Positions 10,101 through 20,800 of a DNA stretch of 64,000 nt are shown here, piece after piece. The stretch lies in NCBI GenBank assembly GCA_040954595.2, contig CM082584.2, forward strand, positions 5,026,110 through 5,090,109. The letters run 5' to 3'. Both the position numbers and the translations under genes were made by a program. This DNA comes from Balanoglossus misakiensis. Its lineage: Eukaryota > Animalia > Hemichordata. Every line of letters starts with the position of its first letter. The stretch's first letter is position 1. Below the pieces are notes generated by a model that saw only the letters and a list, made by a program, of their open reading frames with translations, had not been told where the DNA came from and did not search any database.

Positions 10101-13091
10101 GTTTTGTCTCTGTATGATGATGTTGCTACAGGTAAATCTACCGCCTGAGACAGAAAAAATGTTCTAATTCTATTAAAGGGACAAAGACAGTCAATCTCTC
10201 AATTACCAATTAAATTATGAGTTTTTCTTATGACTTAATTATGTTCTTTTAGTAGCAAATAACGATTGTTAAAACCCAGCATTAAAGTGAAGGGGGTTGT
10301 CGCGCCACGTTTGTTTGTTGATAAACATTAGAATTTACCCGCAAATCCCTGAAATAAGATATTTTTTTAAGAATGAAAGTAGCAGCCCAGCGTAACAGGG
10401 CATGACAGCAACAGAAGATCCTAGATCCTGAAGCATTCTGAATTTTACTTCACTTCAATGCCAGGCTCTTTTTAAAGTCAGGGCTCGTCTGATGGAAAGT
10501 GGGAACTTTTTAATTCGTAGTTTTAACGAATCTGACTCGTTGCTGTTTTCATCCTTGAGGAGACATTTTAGAAATGTCATGTATAGATAAGTTTCCAGAT
10601 TGCCTCTAAATGTCTGGGATACAAGACCACTGAGGGTTTTGTCTCTGTATGATGATGTTGCTACAGGTAAATCTACCGCCTGAGACATAAAAAATGTTCT
10701 AATTCTATTAAAGGGACAAAGTCTCTCTCTCAATTACCAATTAAATTATGAGTTTTTCTTATGACTTAATTATGTTCTTTTAGTAGCAAATAACGATTGT
10801 CAAAACCCAGCATTAAAGTGAAGGGGGTTGTCGCGCCACGTTTGTTTGTTGATAAACATTAGAATTTACCCGCAAATCCCTGAAATAAGATATTTTTTTA
10901 AGAATGAACGTAGCAGCCCAGCGTAACAGGGCATAACAGCAACAGAAGATCCTAGTAGGTCTTGGCGACTGCAGTGGGGTTTGTGCTGATATGGGAGGAC
11001 ATATTCTCATCATGGGTGGACACCCACGCGGCACGACGACCCCTTCCCTTTAACACAAACCCCATAAGTAAATAATTTTGTTTTATTTATAGTATATACT
11101 TACATTTCTGTCAAAGAATCTAAATGTTGCATCTGGTTTCTGAAAAGTAAAATGAATTAAAAAGACAGATACAGTATCATTATGAAAACGTTTAGTTTTA
11201 AGCAAGCTACATGTACCAGGGTGGTATTAATAGTATAAATAGCTGTTTTAAGAAATAGCTCTGGCCATTAATTAAAATCGCACCAAAAGGGCTACTAGAT
11301 AGACATGTTGGATCATATCAAATTGGTACATATTGTCTTTAGTAATGGCTGTCCAGCAACCATATAATGGATTGTACCTCTAAATAAAATGACATGCATC
11401 TACCGTATATGACATATAGTACACTGTCCTTGTACCAAATTTCATCAAAATACATTTGACAGCGCACAAGCATAAACAAACAAATGTGTGTGTGTGCCAA
11501 AAAGAGTTTACTTACATCAGGCATTCCACGATAAAAGGAAAGAAAGCCTTGTTCCTGCACAGTGTCTGTGATGGAAATAAATGAAATCTGTCTTAATGAT
11601 TATTCAAACCCGTCTCCTGAAACAATTCTCGTCTACATGGAGGTCTAGGCAATAGGACTGCATCATGATCAACAGACTTGGCGCTGCAAGGAACCCAGCC
11701 CTCACTGCTTATTACAATATTTGGTCTTAAAATTAGGCAGCACATACAAACATCTCTGGAGAGTGGCCGAGATTATTGTTCTGATTGTTCACCACTTTCG
11801 TTCATGAAAATCCTTACTTTTTGAGTCAAGTATAAAGCATAATTATTTAAGTACATGATAAATGATCTGGTTGACTACAACTTCATAGCCCGGAGACCAG
11901 GCGTCGATCTAGAATACAACGCCCGGTGACAGTCGAGAAATTTCCTGCTGAGCTGAAAGATAGTAGCCCTGGCAACGATCAGGGTCGCTTAGTAACGAAT
12001 GGATAACGAGTGATCTATCAAATGTTGACGGGCGCCAGTGGTTGGATGATATAATTAACAAAGCTTGGTAAATCACTCCCACACCCCCGTCACGGGAATT
12101 TCACACATGACTCCACCTCTATTTCCTCATTTAGAATGCGATGATGTCATTTGGTTTACATTGAGTGACCAATTAGCTTACACACAAGATTTACCACCCG
12201 TGTCGTTCTGCGCACAGAATTCGGTGCGTAAATAGAGACTGTCACCGGGCGTTTCTTTTCCCCTACTACGCCCTGGTCTCCGGGCTAACAACTTCAGTAC
12301 CGTAGCTCGAAATTTTGCCTGGTATTGGATGTTGCCAATACCATGTACCAGACAAAACCTCGAGCTGCGGTACTGAAGTGCATGTAGTATTGAACCTTAG
12401 CCTACGTGTTTTTGTTTGTTTCGTGTTTTCGCCCGTGCTCACACGTATAACGCTAGGTTATATACTAATGTAGTGCTACTGCACTACAATGACATTTCAA
12501 GGTGTAGCTGAAGTTCAGTACCTCAAGTTTTGCCTTGGTCTAACCATGGAGCTACACACAGGAGGCGGATTCCATTGACATGACTGACTGTAGCTCTGCG
12601 TGGCAGGGCTGTGTTGTTACGGCGAGTACTGGCAGAGGGAGTGTAGACTGACTGGGGCTGATTCAACATGAAAATAAGAAATTGAATCAGGCCCCAGTCA
12701 GTGGAGTCCGCCGCCTGTGGAGCAACAAATACACACAAAAACACACACACACACACACACACAAACCATGCACGAACCAAGGAAGGCAAAACCTCGACTG
12801 GAGTCTTGAGCTACTGAACAGCAGCTTTTCCACGTGGTGCCTTGCTGCAGTTTTGCAGCCACGTCACGCCCACCCGTCAAAAACAAAAATCGTCAAGGGT
12901 AGTCGCGGGGCTACAAAACTGCAGCAACATGGTGCCCAGCTCGTCAGTAAGTCGCCGTAGAGAGTTCCCTACACCGCCGTAGCCTCTTCGCCTAGTGTCA
13001 ATTTGCCGAGTTGTTGTAACTGAGTTGCAGAAAACATAAACGAGTTAAATCCCTTACCGAGAGTCAGCTGTTGATTTGGTTGTACCGCCAT
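4165..13091 (-). CDS. MSH2: DNA mismatch repair protein MSH2, 5' part (exons 1-8); gene continues beyond the window start
   Basis: Exons on - strand, all GT-AG and phase-consistent: 13058-13091 ([11 protein letters not shown]), 11516-11565 ([17 protein letters not shown]), 11104-11139 ([12 protein letters not shown]), 8500-8587 ([29 protein letters not shown]), 7950-8095 ([28 protein letters not shown]), 7174-7371 ([15 protein letters not shown]...DNEQFSNLE), 6563-6686 ([14 protein letters not shown]), 4165-4251 ([16 protein letters not shown]). These are collinear with the vertebrate MSH2 N-terminus (MAVQPK...). Confidence 0.97.
4421..5560. repeat. Tandem repeat, ~238-239 bp unit, ~4.7 copies
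   Basis: AGGTCAAAGGTCACC recurs at 4444, 4682, 4921, 5160 and 5398; units are nearly identical. Confidence 0.95.
5989..6069. repeat. (CATACATC/CATC)n microsatellite
   Basis: Direct reading of the sequence. Confidence 0.95.
7511..7695. mobile_element. Kolobok-like MITE, second copy of the 3695 family
   Basis: Shares ggtcacctatg.aaatttagctacagttaccatggcaaattgagatctagccaatc with 3695-3887; right end degenerate. Confidence 0.65.
8690..9630 (+). mobile_element. Decayed pogo-like DDE_1 transposase
   Basis: [58 protein letters not shown], with several frameshifts. Confidence 0.85.
9640..10055 (+). mobile_element. 3' end of a non-LTR retrotransposon (LINE) ORF2
   Basis: [32 protein letters not shown]...[10 protein letters not shown] resembles the post-RT C-terminus of LINEs; it ends at a stop. 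Confidence 0.7.
10068..10285 (+). pseudogene. DNMT3 motif-I exon end plus downstream intron fragment, copy 1
   Basis: [22 protein letters not shown]|gtaaatctaccgcctgagacag versus the gene's [22 protein letters not shown]|gtaaatctaccgcctgagacag (reverse complement of ~21985-22285). Confidence 0.9.
10603..10816 (+). pseudogene. DNMT3 motif-I exon end plus downstream intron fragment, copy 2
   Basis: Duplicate of 10068-10285 within the 535-bp tandem unit. Confidence 0.9.
10813..11053. mobile_element. Kolobok-like MITE (TTAA TSD), same family as 19935-20178
   Basis: TTAA|AGTGAAGGGGGTTGTCGCGCC ... GGCACGACGACCCCTTCCCT|TTAA; truncated copy at 10282-10424. Confidence 0.75.
11886..12287. mobile_element. 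Non-autonomous DNA transposon with TAG..CTA termini and 9-bp TSD (AcademH-like; MULE is the alternative)
   Basis: TIR TAGCCCGGAGACCAGG / CCTGGTCTCCGGGCTA; TSD ACAACTTCA. Confidence 0.85.
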
Positions 13092-14399
13092 GTTGATTTG
13101 AAGTTTGACCTGAAGTGACCTATCCCGCGCTTTTAATTCAAGAGTCACATGGTACGAAGGTCATTGACGGCGCCCTCTGGAGAGGCACAGTGCATAGGAC
13201 AGTTTCGATTTCTCGGCTATTTTTTCCTGAGCGCAAATTTTATGTGAAGCCAAATAACAGCAAACCTGACGATCGATTCATGTATTTTACTCTCGACAGT
13301 TTCCCCTTATCATGCTTATACTGGCTGAGGGACTGGATAGAAATTGCAGGGAGGGAGGGGGATGTACGCGCAGACGTAGTCTTTAATATCAATCACGTGA
13401 TCTGGCCATGTGTCCCATGCATGCATGGCGCTGTCAAAATTATAAGCGGGCAGGGAAGGGACGGTGATTTTGTAGTAGGTCGTCATTTCGCGCAAGCAGT
13501 TTGAAGGGTCATGAATTTTTGAAGGATTAATTATCACATTCCATACCGTTTGCTTTAAATGTAGAATATTGATAAAACTGTCTTGCAATGTTGTTGCGAT
13601 CTTTTTCTTCACATTTTCACAAAACGTGCCAAAAAGGAGTATTTAAAATAAATGATATAAAGAAACACTATGCCACCATGTTGATTTCTATAGAACTGTT
13701 TAGATATTTTCACCACGAAAAATGATAGCATGTGGGTGCGAGAAAAGTGCTGACTCAACCTCTGCCAAAATCTTTTAGACCCCTTATGAACTTGAAACAT
13801 AGGATGGGAACACAATGTTTTCTTGTTATTAATTAGGTCATGAATGAATCACTTTTTAGCTGGGGAATATTTCCTGACCATTGTGAGTATCACTTCAACA
13901 AGGGTCTTACATGTATCATCCGAAGTTATTATTAAAAGATGAATAAGCCTGTAATAGTAATAGTTCTTTATTTCACCATTTTACACAAAAACGAAAATGA
14001 CTTTAAAAGTAAATACATAAAAAGATTCAAAGCACAAAAATACGATTAAAAGCGTTTGACATTAGTTAATAGTTTATATACAAACAGACATAATAGAAAT
14101 ATAAATAAATACAGTAACATTTGTACTTAAAACTCATACAAAAAGCAACACTAAAAATCCTTAAAAGTAAGTTCATTTTTCATTCATGATATAGGGCCTA
14201 GTTTTTCAAAGCATTCTTTAACCTTATATTCTAATATTTCTTTATTTCACCATTTTACAAAAACACGAAAACGAACTTTAAATGTAAATACATAGATTCA
14301 AAGCACAAAAATACGATTAAAACAGCTTGACAATAGTTAAAAGTTTAAATACAAACTCACATTAGAGAAATAAATAATTACAATGAAATATGTACATAG

Positions 14400-14790
14400 A
14401 AATTCATTTAGAATAGATTTAGAAATCGAAAAAGGTAGAGCCCAGGGTGTTGCATTTGAAGACAGAATATGTCAAATTTGTGACTTACAGGAAATAGAGA
14501 ACTTCATTTCATTTGTATTTGCCCTTTATATCAAATTTTAAGACTCCAACTTCTACCACAGTGGTCTTATTCAGAGCCAACAATTGATAAGTTTTATTCA
14601 CTAATGTCTTCCTCCAATAGCACAGTTATTTTCAAGGTGGCACTATTTGTACATAAGGCGTATAAACTGAGAGAAGAATTTTTTATTACCATGTAAAGTA
14701 CTCACTCCCATGATGTATATATATATTTTTGTATTTGTAATTTCAAGCTGCAATATGGGCCGGAGGCCTTTAAGAGCAATAAATATATAT
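14400..14790 (+). mobile_element. LINE 3' fragment with C-terminal CCHC knuckle
   Basis: EDRICQICDLQEIE / LHFICICPLY..LR, followed by a short tail ending in aataaatatatat. Confidence 0.7.
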
Positions 14791-15089
14791 TATACAAAAA
14801 AGCAACAGTACGGCATTAAACATCCTTAAAAGTAAGCAAAGGAAATATTCATTTTTCATTCATGATGTAGGTTTTAGTTTTAGCCTTCTTTACCCTTTTA
14901 CTTGATTAAATCGATTAAATTGAAGGAAGGATGTACTTCCAGTGCTTTTCTAGTGCACAAAAAAGTATTTCAAGTTCTGCCATAGAACCTCTCTCAGGCT
15001 CAATGGTTCAGCTAAAATTAATTTTCGGAAACAAAAAGTCATTAGGTATACGTAGAACAGATCTAGTATAGGATAGGATCAGGAGTGGG

Positions 15090-16260
15090 ATTAAAAGGAC
15101 ACATAATGATGTATTGTGCGAGTATTAGAGGTTATTTCTGAAATCGAAGTTGAAGGTATATGTGTGACAGTTATACAGAGCTTCCAAATATCGAGAATAC
15201 CTAGCTGTTTAAATACTGGATCAGAATGTGAGCGAGATTCAGGGAAACTAATCAAACGGACAAGTTTCTTTTCAAGTTTTATAGTTGATCGATGTAAGTT
15301 ATATGTGAGTTGTCCCATATTTCAATGCAGTAGTTCAAGTTATATACAGAGGAGTTAAGGAGTTAATTTTGAGGTAGAACACGACGCAGACAAGATAAAA
15401 CAACTACTTTTAGGCTAATCTTTTTGAAACATTTTCAACTTGGGAATTCCAATTAAGATTCGTCAATTGTAACCCCAAGATTCAACAAAAAAGACTTTCT
15501 CTAAGGGAAAACCGTCAATTGATAGAGTGATTTTCTTTTGTGGTGTTTTAAAAACCCAATAGTCGGATTTTTCAGTGTTGATTGTCAGCTTGTATTCTTT
15601 AAACCATCCTGACACCTTGTTTAAGTCTGTTTATCTTTTTCACCACCACGGTTTAAGTCCAAAATCATTTTTTTCTATGGTAAGATTGGAACTATGGGTG
15701 AAAGGGTTATACTGCTGAGATCGACATTGTGAGTTTTCATTGACATAAACAAGTTTGCATGCATCGTCAGCATAGAGCCTAAATTTAAAAATGCCAGTTG
15801 AGTTTTGAATATCATTAATAATATAAATAAGAATAACATAGGACCAAATATTGATCCCCATGGCACTCCAGAGGTGATTCTTTGTATGTCTGACAAACAG
15901 CTGTTTTTGACAACAAAGTGTTGACGGTTTTCGGGGCCTACGAATACTGCAATGACTTATTTGCATTGTACAATGTTCTGGCAAGCAATAAGAATGTCAT
16001 GATTTATGGTATGGAACGCCTTTCTTAAATCGATAAAGATGCCCAGAGTTACAGAACCATTGTTCATTTCTTTCATTAACTATAATTGTGTGGTAAAATC
16101 GGCCAAACTAAGTTTAGTACTGTAACCTTTACAGAACCCTTATTGTGTTTCAACAAGAATGTTAAATTTATTTTAAAATTTAGCTGTTTATTAACAAAAC
16201 CCTCGAAGATTTTGCTGAAAGTTGGTAAGATAGATATTAGTCACCGATTTCATGAGTTGC
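15090..16260 (-). mobile_element. Degenerate CR1/L2-group LINE reverse transcriptase
   Basis: Minus-strand remnants GIFIDLRKAF.TINH.IL, ITSGVP.GSI.GP.LFL, INDI, LYADD, LGVTIDE.L.W, SHSDPVFKQLGIL, with many frameshifts. Confidence 0.88.
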
Positions 16261-17864
16261 AACTTTGAGTTTATCAGAGAAAAGGTCACCTTATAGTTAA
16301 AACTATAAGCAAGGGGTTTCGAAATAGAATTCATACTTGGTTTTCAAGGGCTCATCAAATTTGATATTATGGAAACCAAGCTTGTGTGAGTAATGTAGGC
16401 CTATAACTTCAATATCTTTAGCAGTTCAGGTCGACATTAAGTGTTCACACCTGTTAAAAAGATCGTATTGTCTAGTCAAAATCAAATAGTTTAGCTGACT
16501 ATCAAAATTAAAAAGTTGTCTACCAAAACGTAATGTTGTTTTGGGGAATATAAAATCCCATAAATATGAAAGACATTGCCTAGAACAATAATAGTTAAGA
16601 TTTCTAAATAATAAATTATCTTTGGATTAGGGGCCTTTGTATACGAAGTGTGTGTCTTCCAAATTCAGAGCTTAGGTTTGCGAGATCCACAGCTAACTAA
16701 TAAAATGCATAACTGAAATCTCGTCAACGAATGTAATATTTACGTATCAGTTGGAGTTTTCATCTCCTGAAATATTAACCTCAAACAATGTGATTTGTCT
16801 TGATGTTTTGTGCACACTTTCCGGAATCACAGGGATGGAGGTTGCTCTGCATGACACATGATCATATCTGGTTTGCTTTTGCATGAGTGAAAATTAAAGA
16901 TTTTGTCAACCCCAATCAGAAAACGCGAAAAATGAGGCCAGTAGGTCATAGAGTACTGCTCAAGTTCATCTGGTTTGTTGTATATATGATACAAGTTGCC
17001 TGTATTAACAATAAAATGTGGCTGTCGAACTTCGGTCCCAACTATAGCGACGACACATTACAATAAAGATTTTACTCTGTGACTTACTGGATTCGTTTTT
17101 GCGTTGTCTTGGACAGGCCTCCTCTTCAAGGCGTATAACTGGAGTGTAACAAAGTCGTCTAAACTTCAATGATGTTCAACACTTTTATTCCTATAAAACA
17201 GTGAATGTCTTTAACAATAACATACATGCTAAATATTGCAACAGAACAAAACATTACAGTATAACAATGTATGTTATAATATTTTTCATGGTTAATGGGT
17301 CAATGTCCAACATTTGTATTTCCAATGGAAACCTTTGGGTGACGAGTCCAGAATGTTGTCTCGTTGTATATCTATCTAATAAAATCTTTTCTCTCTGAGG
17401 CAGTAGGACCTCTTTCTGTGCAACACAACATATCATGTACCTCACAGTACATAATGTTAAACTTTAAAATGCAGCTTGTACTGAGTATAGGGTAAAAACA
17501 GTATTTGTAACACAACAATTTCTCAGGTCAAAACTGGAAAACTTCAACAGAAATAAAAACATATATAACAAACAGTATGAACACTGCTTTTAAACGCCAA
17601 CACGTAACCAGTCATTGCTTTTATGAATGTCGTCATTTAGAACAGGTCTGCATCAATTGTGAATCAATGACTGCAGATTTTAACAACACTGTAGACCACC
17701 TCTCATGGTCTGGTAAGCAGGAACACAACTTCAGGTGCAAAATTGCAAAATGACAGTAAAGAACAAACATTCAATCAAGAACTAAATGGACGTATGTTGA
17801 CCCCTCTTCCTTGTATAGTCTCAGGCTGTCAACCTTGCACTACTGTGACCTTCCTGGTACTTTC

Positions 17865-20800
17865 CTACTGAGTATTAACCGATGCATAATACTCTCTGAG
17901 AGGTGCCAGCAAATGCTTGATGACAGGGACACTCCAAGCCTTGCCAACCAACTTCTGTCTCTGAGAACTGGAGAGGTTACCAAAATTGGTCATATGCGCA
18001 GGCAATCCAAAGACCCTGATAACATTTTGAGAGAAAGAGGAAAATGATTAACAAAAACTTGAACCAGTTGTTGCAAACAAATAAGCAGTGAATAATATGA
18101 TTTAGTGTGCTTCGATCCATCTTAATATGTGAACTCAGAACTTTCCTTAAAAGCACCATCTATGCACAGATTCGGCACAACGACACAATGGGGAAGAATT
18201 TTATAATCAATATTGGGCAGAACCCAAAAGTTTATTTATTGTCAGTCCTTTTTGTGTTATACTCAAAACTTATTACAGTCAAACCTCTGTTAGTGGCCAC
18301 CTCAATATCGTGGTCACCTCTATTCCTCTATATAGTGGCCACTTTGTTACAGTCCCTGTGCAATCCAGATGTGCATTAACTAACCTCTATATAAAGGCCA
18401 CCTGTCTATATAGGCAAGGAAAGTCCCTTGACTGGCCACTATAGACAGGTTCGACAGTACTACTGTAAAACACTTTATTTTTGCGAGCAATAAATTTTCG
18501 CGAAATAAGCAAGAGCCAAAATAGCGTGAAAATAAAAAGTCGTGTAAATTTTTTTGAAGATAACAATGCAGTGAATGAAATAAGGGAACGCGAAATTTAA
18601 TACTCGCGAAACAGTCAGGCCTCTCTCGATATCGCGAAAATTTCAACTCGCGAAAATAAAGTGTTTTACAGTAAATGTTGTCCAAAGTCAGGATCCACAC
18701 TCAGAATATGGTATATTGGAAAGGGGAGTCCGTTTTAAGTATAGCTTATGGATATCTTCCTAAACAACAACCTGTAAATTTCAACATGTACTGGTACATA
18801 CCTTTCCAGTTCAGCAGGACACAAACCTTCTTGTTTGTCCCCCATCATAACAAGAGATTGTTTGTCTTTTCCTTGTTTCAGGGAGTGAGCATTGGTAGTC
18901 ACAGTGCGAATCTTGGAGAACTTCAGCAGAAAAACATGAGTGAACATTATCTTTCAAAAATGACACTCCAAAGCAATTGCGCAGCAATTGGTGTTTCCAC
19001 ACAAGATTTATGACCAAAATCAGCAAAATTGCCCCCACAATGCAAATTTACCAAGGAATTTCAAGGTGATCAAAGAAGAAGTTTCAGAGGAAATATTTTG
19101 AAGTAGTAAACGGTCAAAAAATGGAAATAGGAACTCCACATCACTTACAATGGAACTGAACAAAGCATTGTCAATTGTGTTGATGTGGTAACGATTATCC
19201 CTGAAATCATAAGGAACTTATTGTTTACCTTGGTTGTTCTACCAGACATCAAACAGCTCTGCAAATCTTGTGATTGAGAATCCGGTGTCATTTGTGGCCT
19301 GAAAACAATTAACAAGCGGACACATAAACCATCAGTCACATACACAACTATGACCTCCTAAATACAAATGTCCATGTATGATCATAACAGGGGTGTCTAA
19401 ATATGATCTAATGTAAAATAAAAACATTGTGGTCAGATGGTGCATGGTACAATATTCATTCATATACCGTGGATGCCCCCATGGAAATATGCAATTACAG
19501 ATATCATTATCCAGCATTTTATTGAAAGATACAATATGTTCCACTTGCATTTATATGGCACTAAAATCCTGTAAGATACAGAGCTGGGTTACCCCCCTCA
19601 ATAATACTTCTTCACTGAGTCGTATTGAAATGAGTGAGGTTGCAATGTGGACGAATGTGATGGTGCATATTTAATGCTTGAGCTGAAAATATCAAAACAG
19701 TTCTGGACAAGATCAGAAGGTGCCTAACAGTTATGGAAACGCATATCCTAGCTGATATGTGTTTTGTAAGCAGACCTGCATACCTGTCCATAGCTGGAAT
19801 GTTACCCCAGAAAAGTCTTGCCCTGCAGGCTGGTGAAAATACCTTGGCATCCACTGTCACAGGTTCAGTCTGTCAACATGTGATAGGTGCAAAAAATATT
19901 ACAACAAAAACAAGAAGAATTGATAAACATTAACTTAAAGGGAAGCAGTCGTCGCGCTGCATTTGTTTGTTTCTAAACATTACAATTCATCCACAAATCC
20001 CTGCAATTAGATAATTCTTAGAATGAACGAAGCAGCCAACCGTAGCATAGACTGGGCATGACAGCAACTGAAGATCCTAGGTCGTGGCGACTGCATGCAG
20101 TGAGGTTGGTGCTGGTATGGGAAGACATATTCTCATCAAGGGGGACACCCACGCGGCGTGACGACCGCTTCCCTTTAAGAGGTTGTTGCATGAAAAATTG
20201 TGATATTTGCCAAATTTCACTTTATCACACAAATACCCACATTCTAACAAATGCATTTTTACAGAAATGATTCATGATCACCATAAAATGCAATTTTCTA
20301 TTTGAATTGGTAGCTCCACACATTTCTTGTTGACTCGAAAATTGTATATCTTGCATCTTGTATCATAAAACATTTCTACAAAATTAAAAGTATTTTGTTA
20401 ACAAAAGCTAGCTACACTTCAGATATCCAAACGATCACCCAATGTTTACCCCTTCACCCCAATGTCCCAGTATAAAGGCCCAACATTTCTGTTGAAATCA
20501 ATAGAAGTTTGGAATTGGACCAAACCATGGAGGTCTTGCCTTGATATACCTAGCACAATGCGGTCCATTACCTTTAGATGTTCACTGATTTTCTTCTTGT
20601 CACAAATCCTCATACTGGACACATTTTCAAACAGCCAAAAGAAAGGTCTTCCACCTGAAGATTGCTTGAGTTCTTCTAGAATCCGTAAATACTCGAAGAA
20701 AAGGACGCCAGAGCCATCTGGATGAATAAATTTAACCAGATGTGAACTGAATATTCTTGCGGGCTTTGAACATATTAAGCTGTTGGAACTTCGCAATTAT

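Larger units (their letters stand above)
9895..10954. repeat. Near-identical tandem duplication, ~535 bp unit (9895-10424 / 10430-10954)
   Basis: gaagcattctgaattttacttcacttcaa...cagaagatcctag is repeated, with an agatcct micro-duplication at the junction. Confidence 0.95.

Noticed and set aside
13115-13815. ORFs upstream of MSH2 (129, 98 and 68 aa) as a divergent gene
   Set aside because: No recognisable domain or convincing splice structure; likely promoter or repeat sequence, though a small gene cannot be excluded.
13960-14870. Duplicated A-rich ~270-bp block
   Set aside because: Ordinary diverged local duplication interrupted by a LINE fragment; no functional signal.
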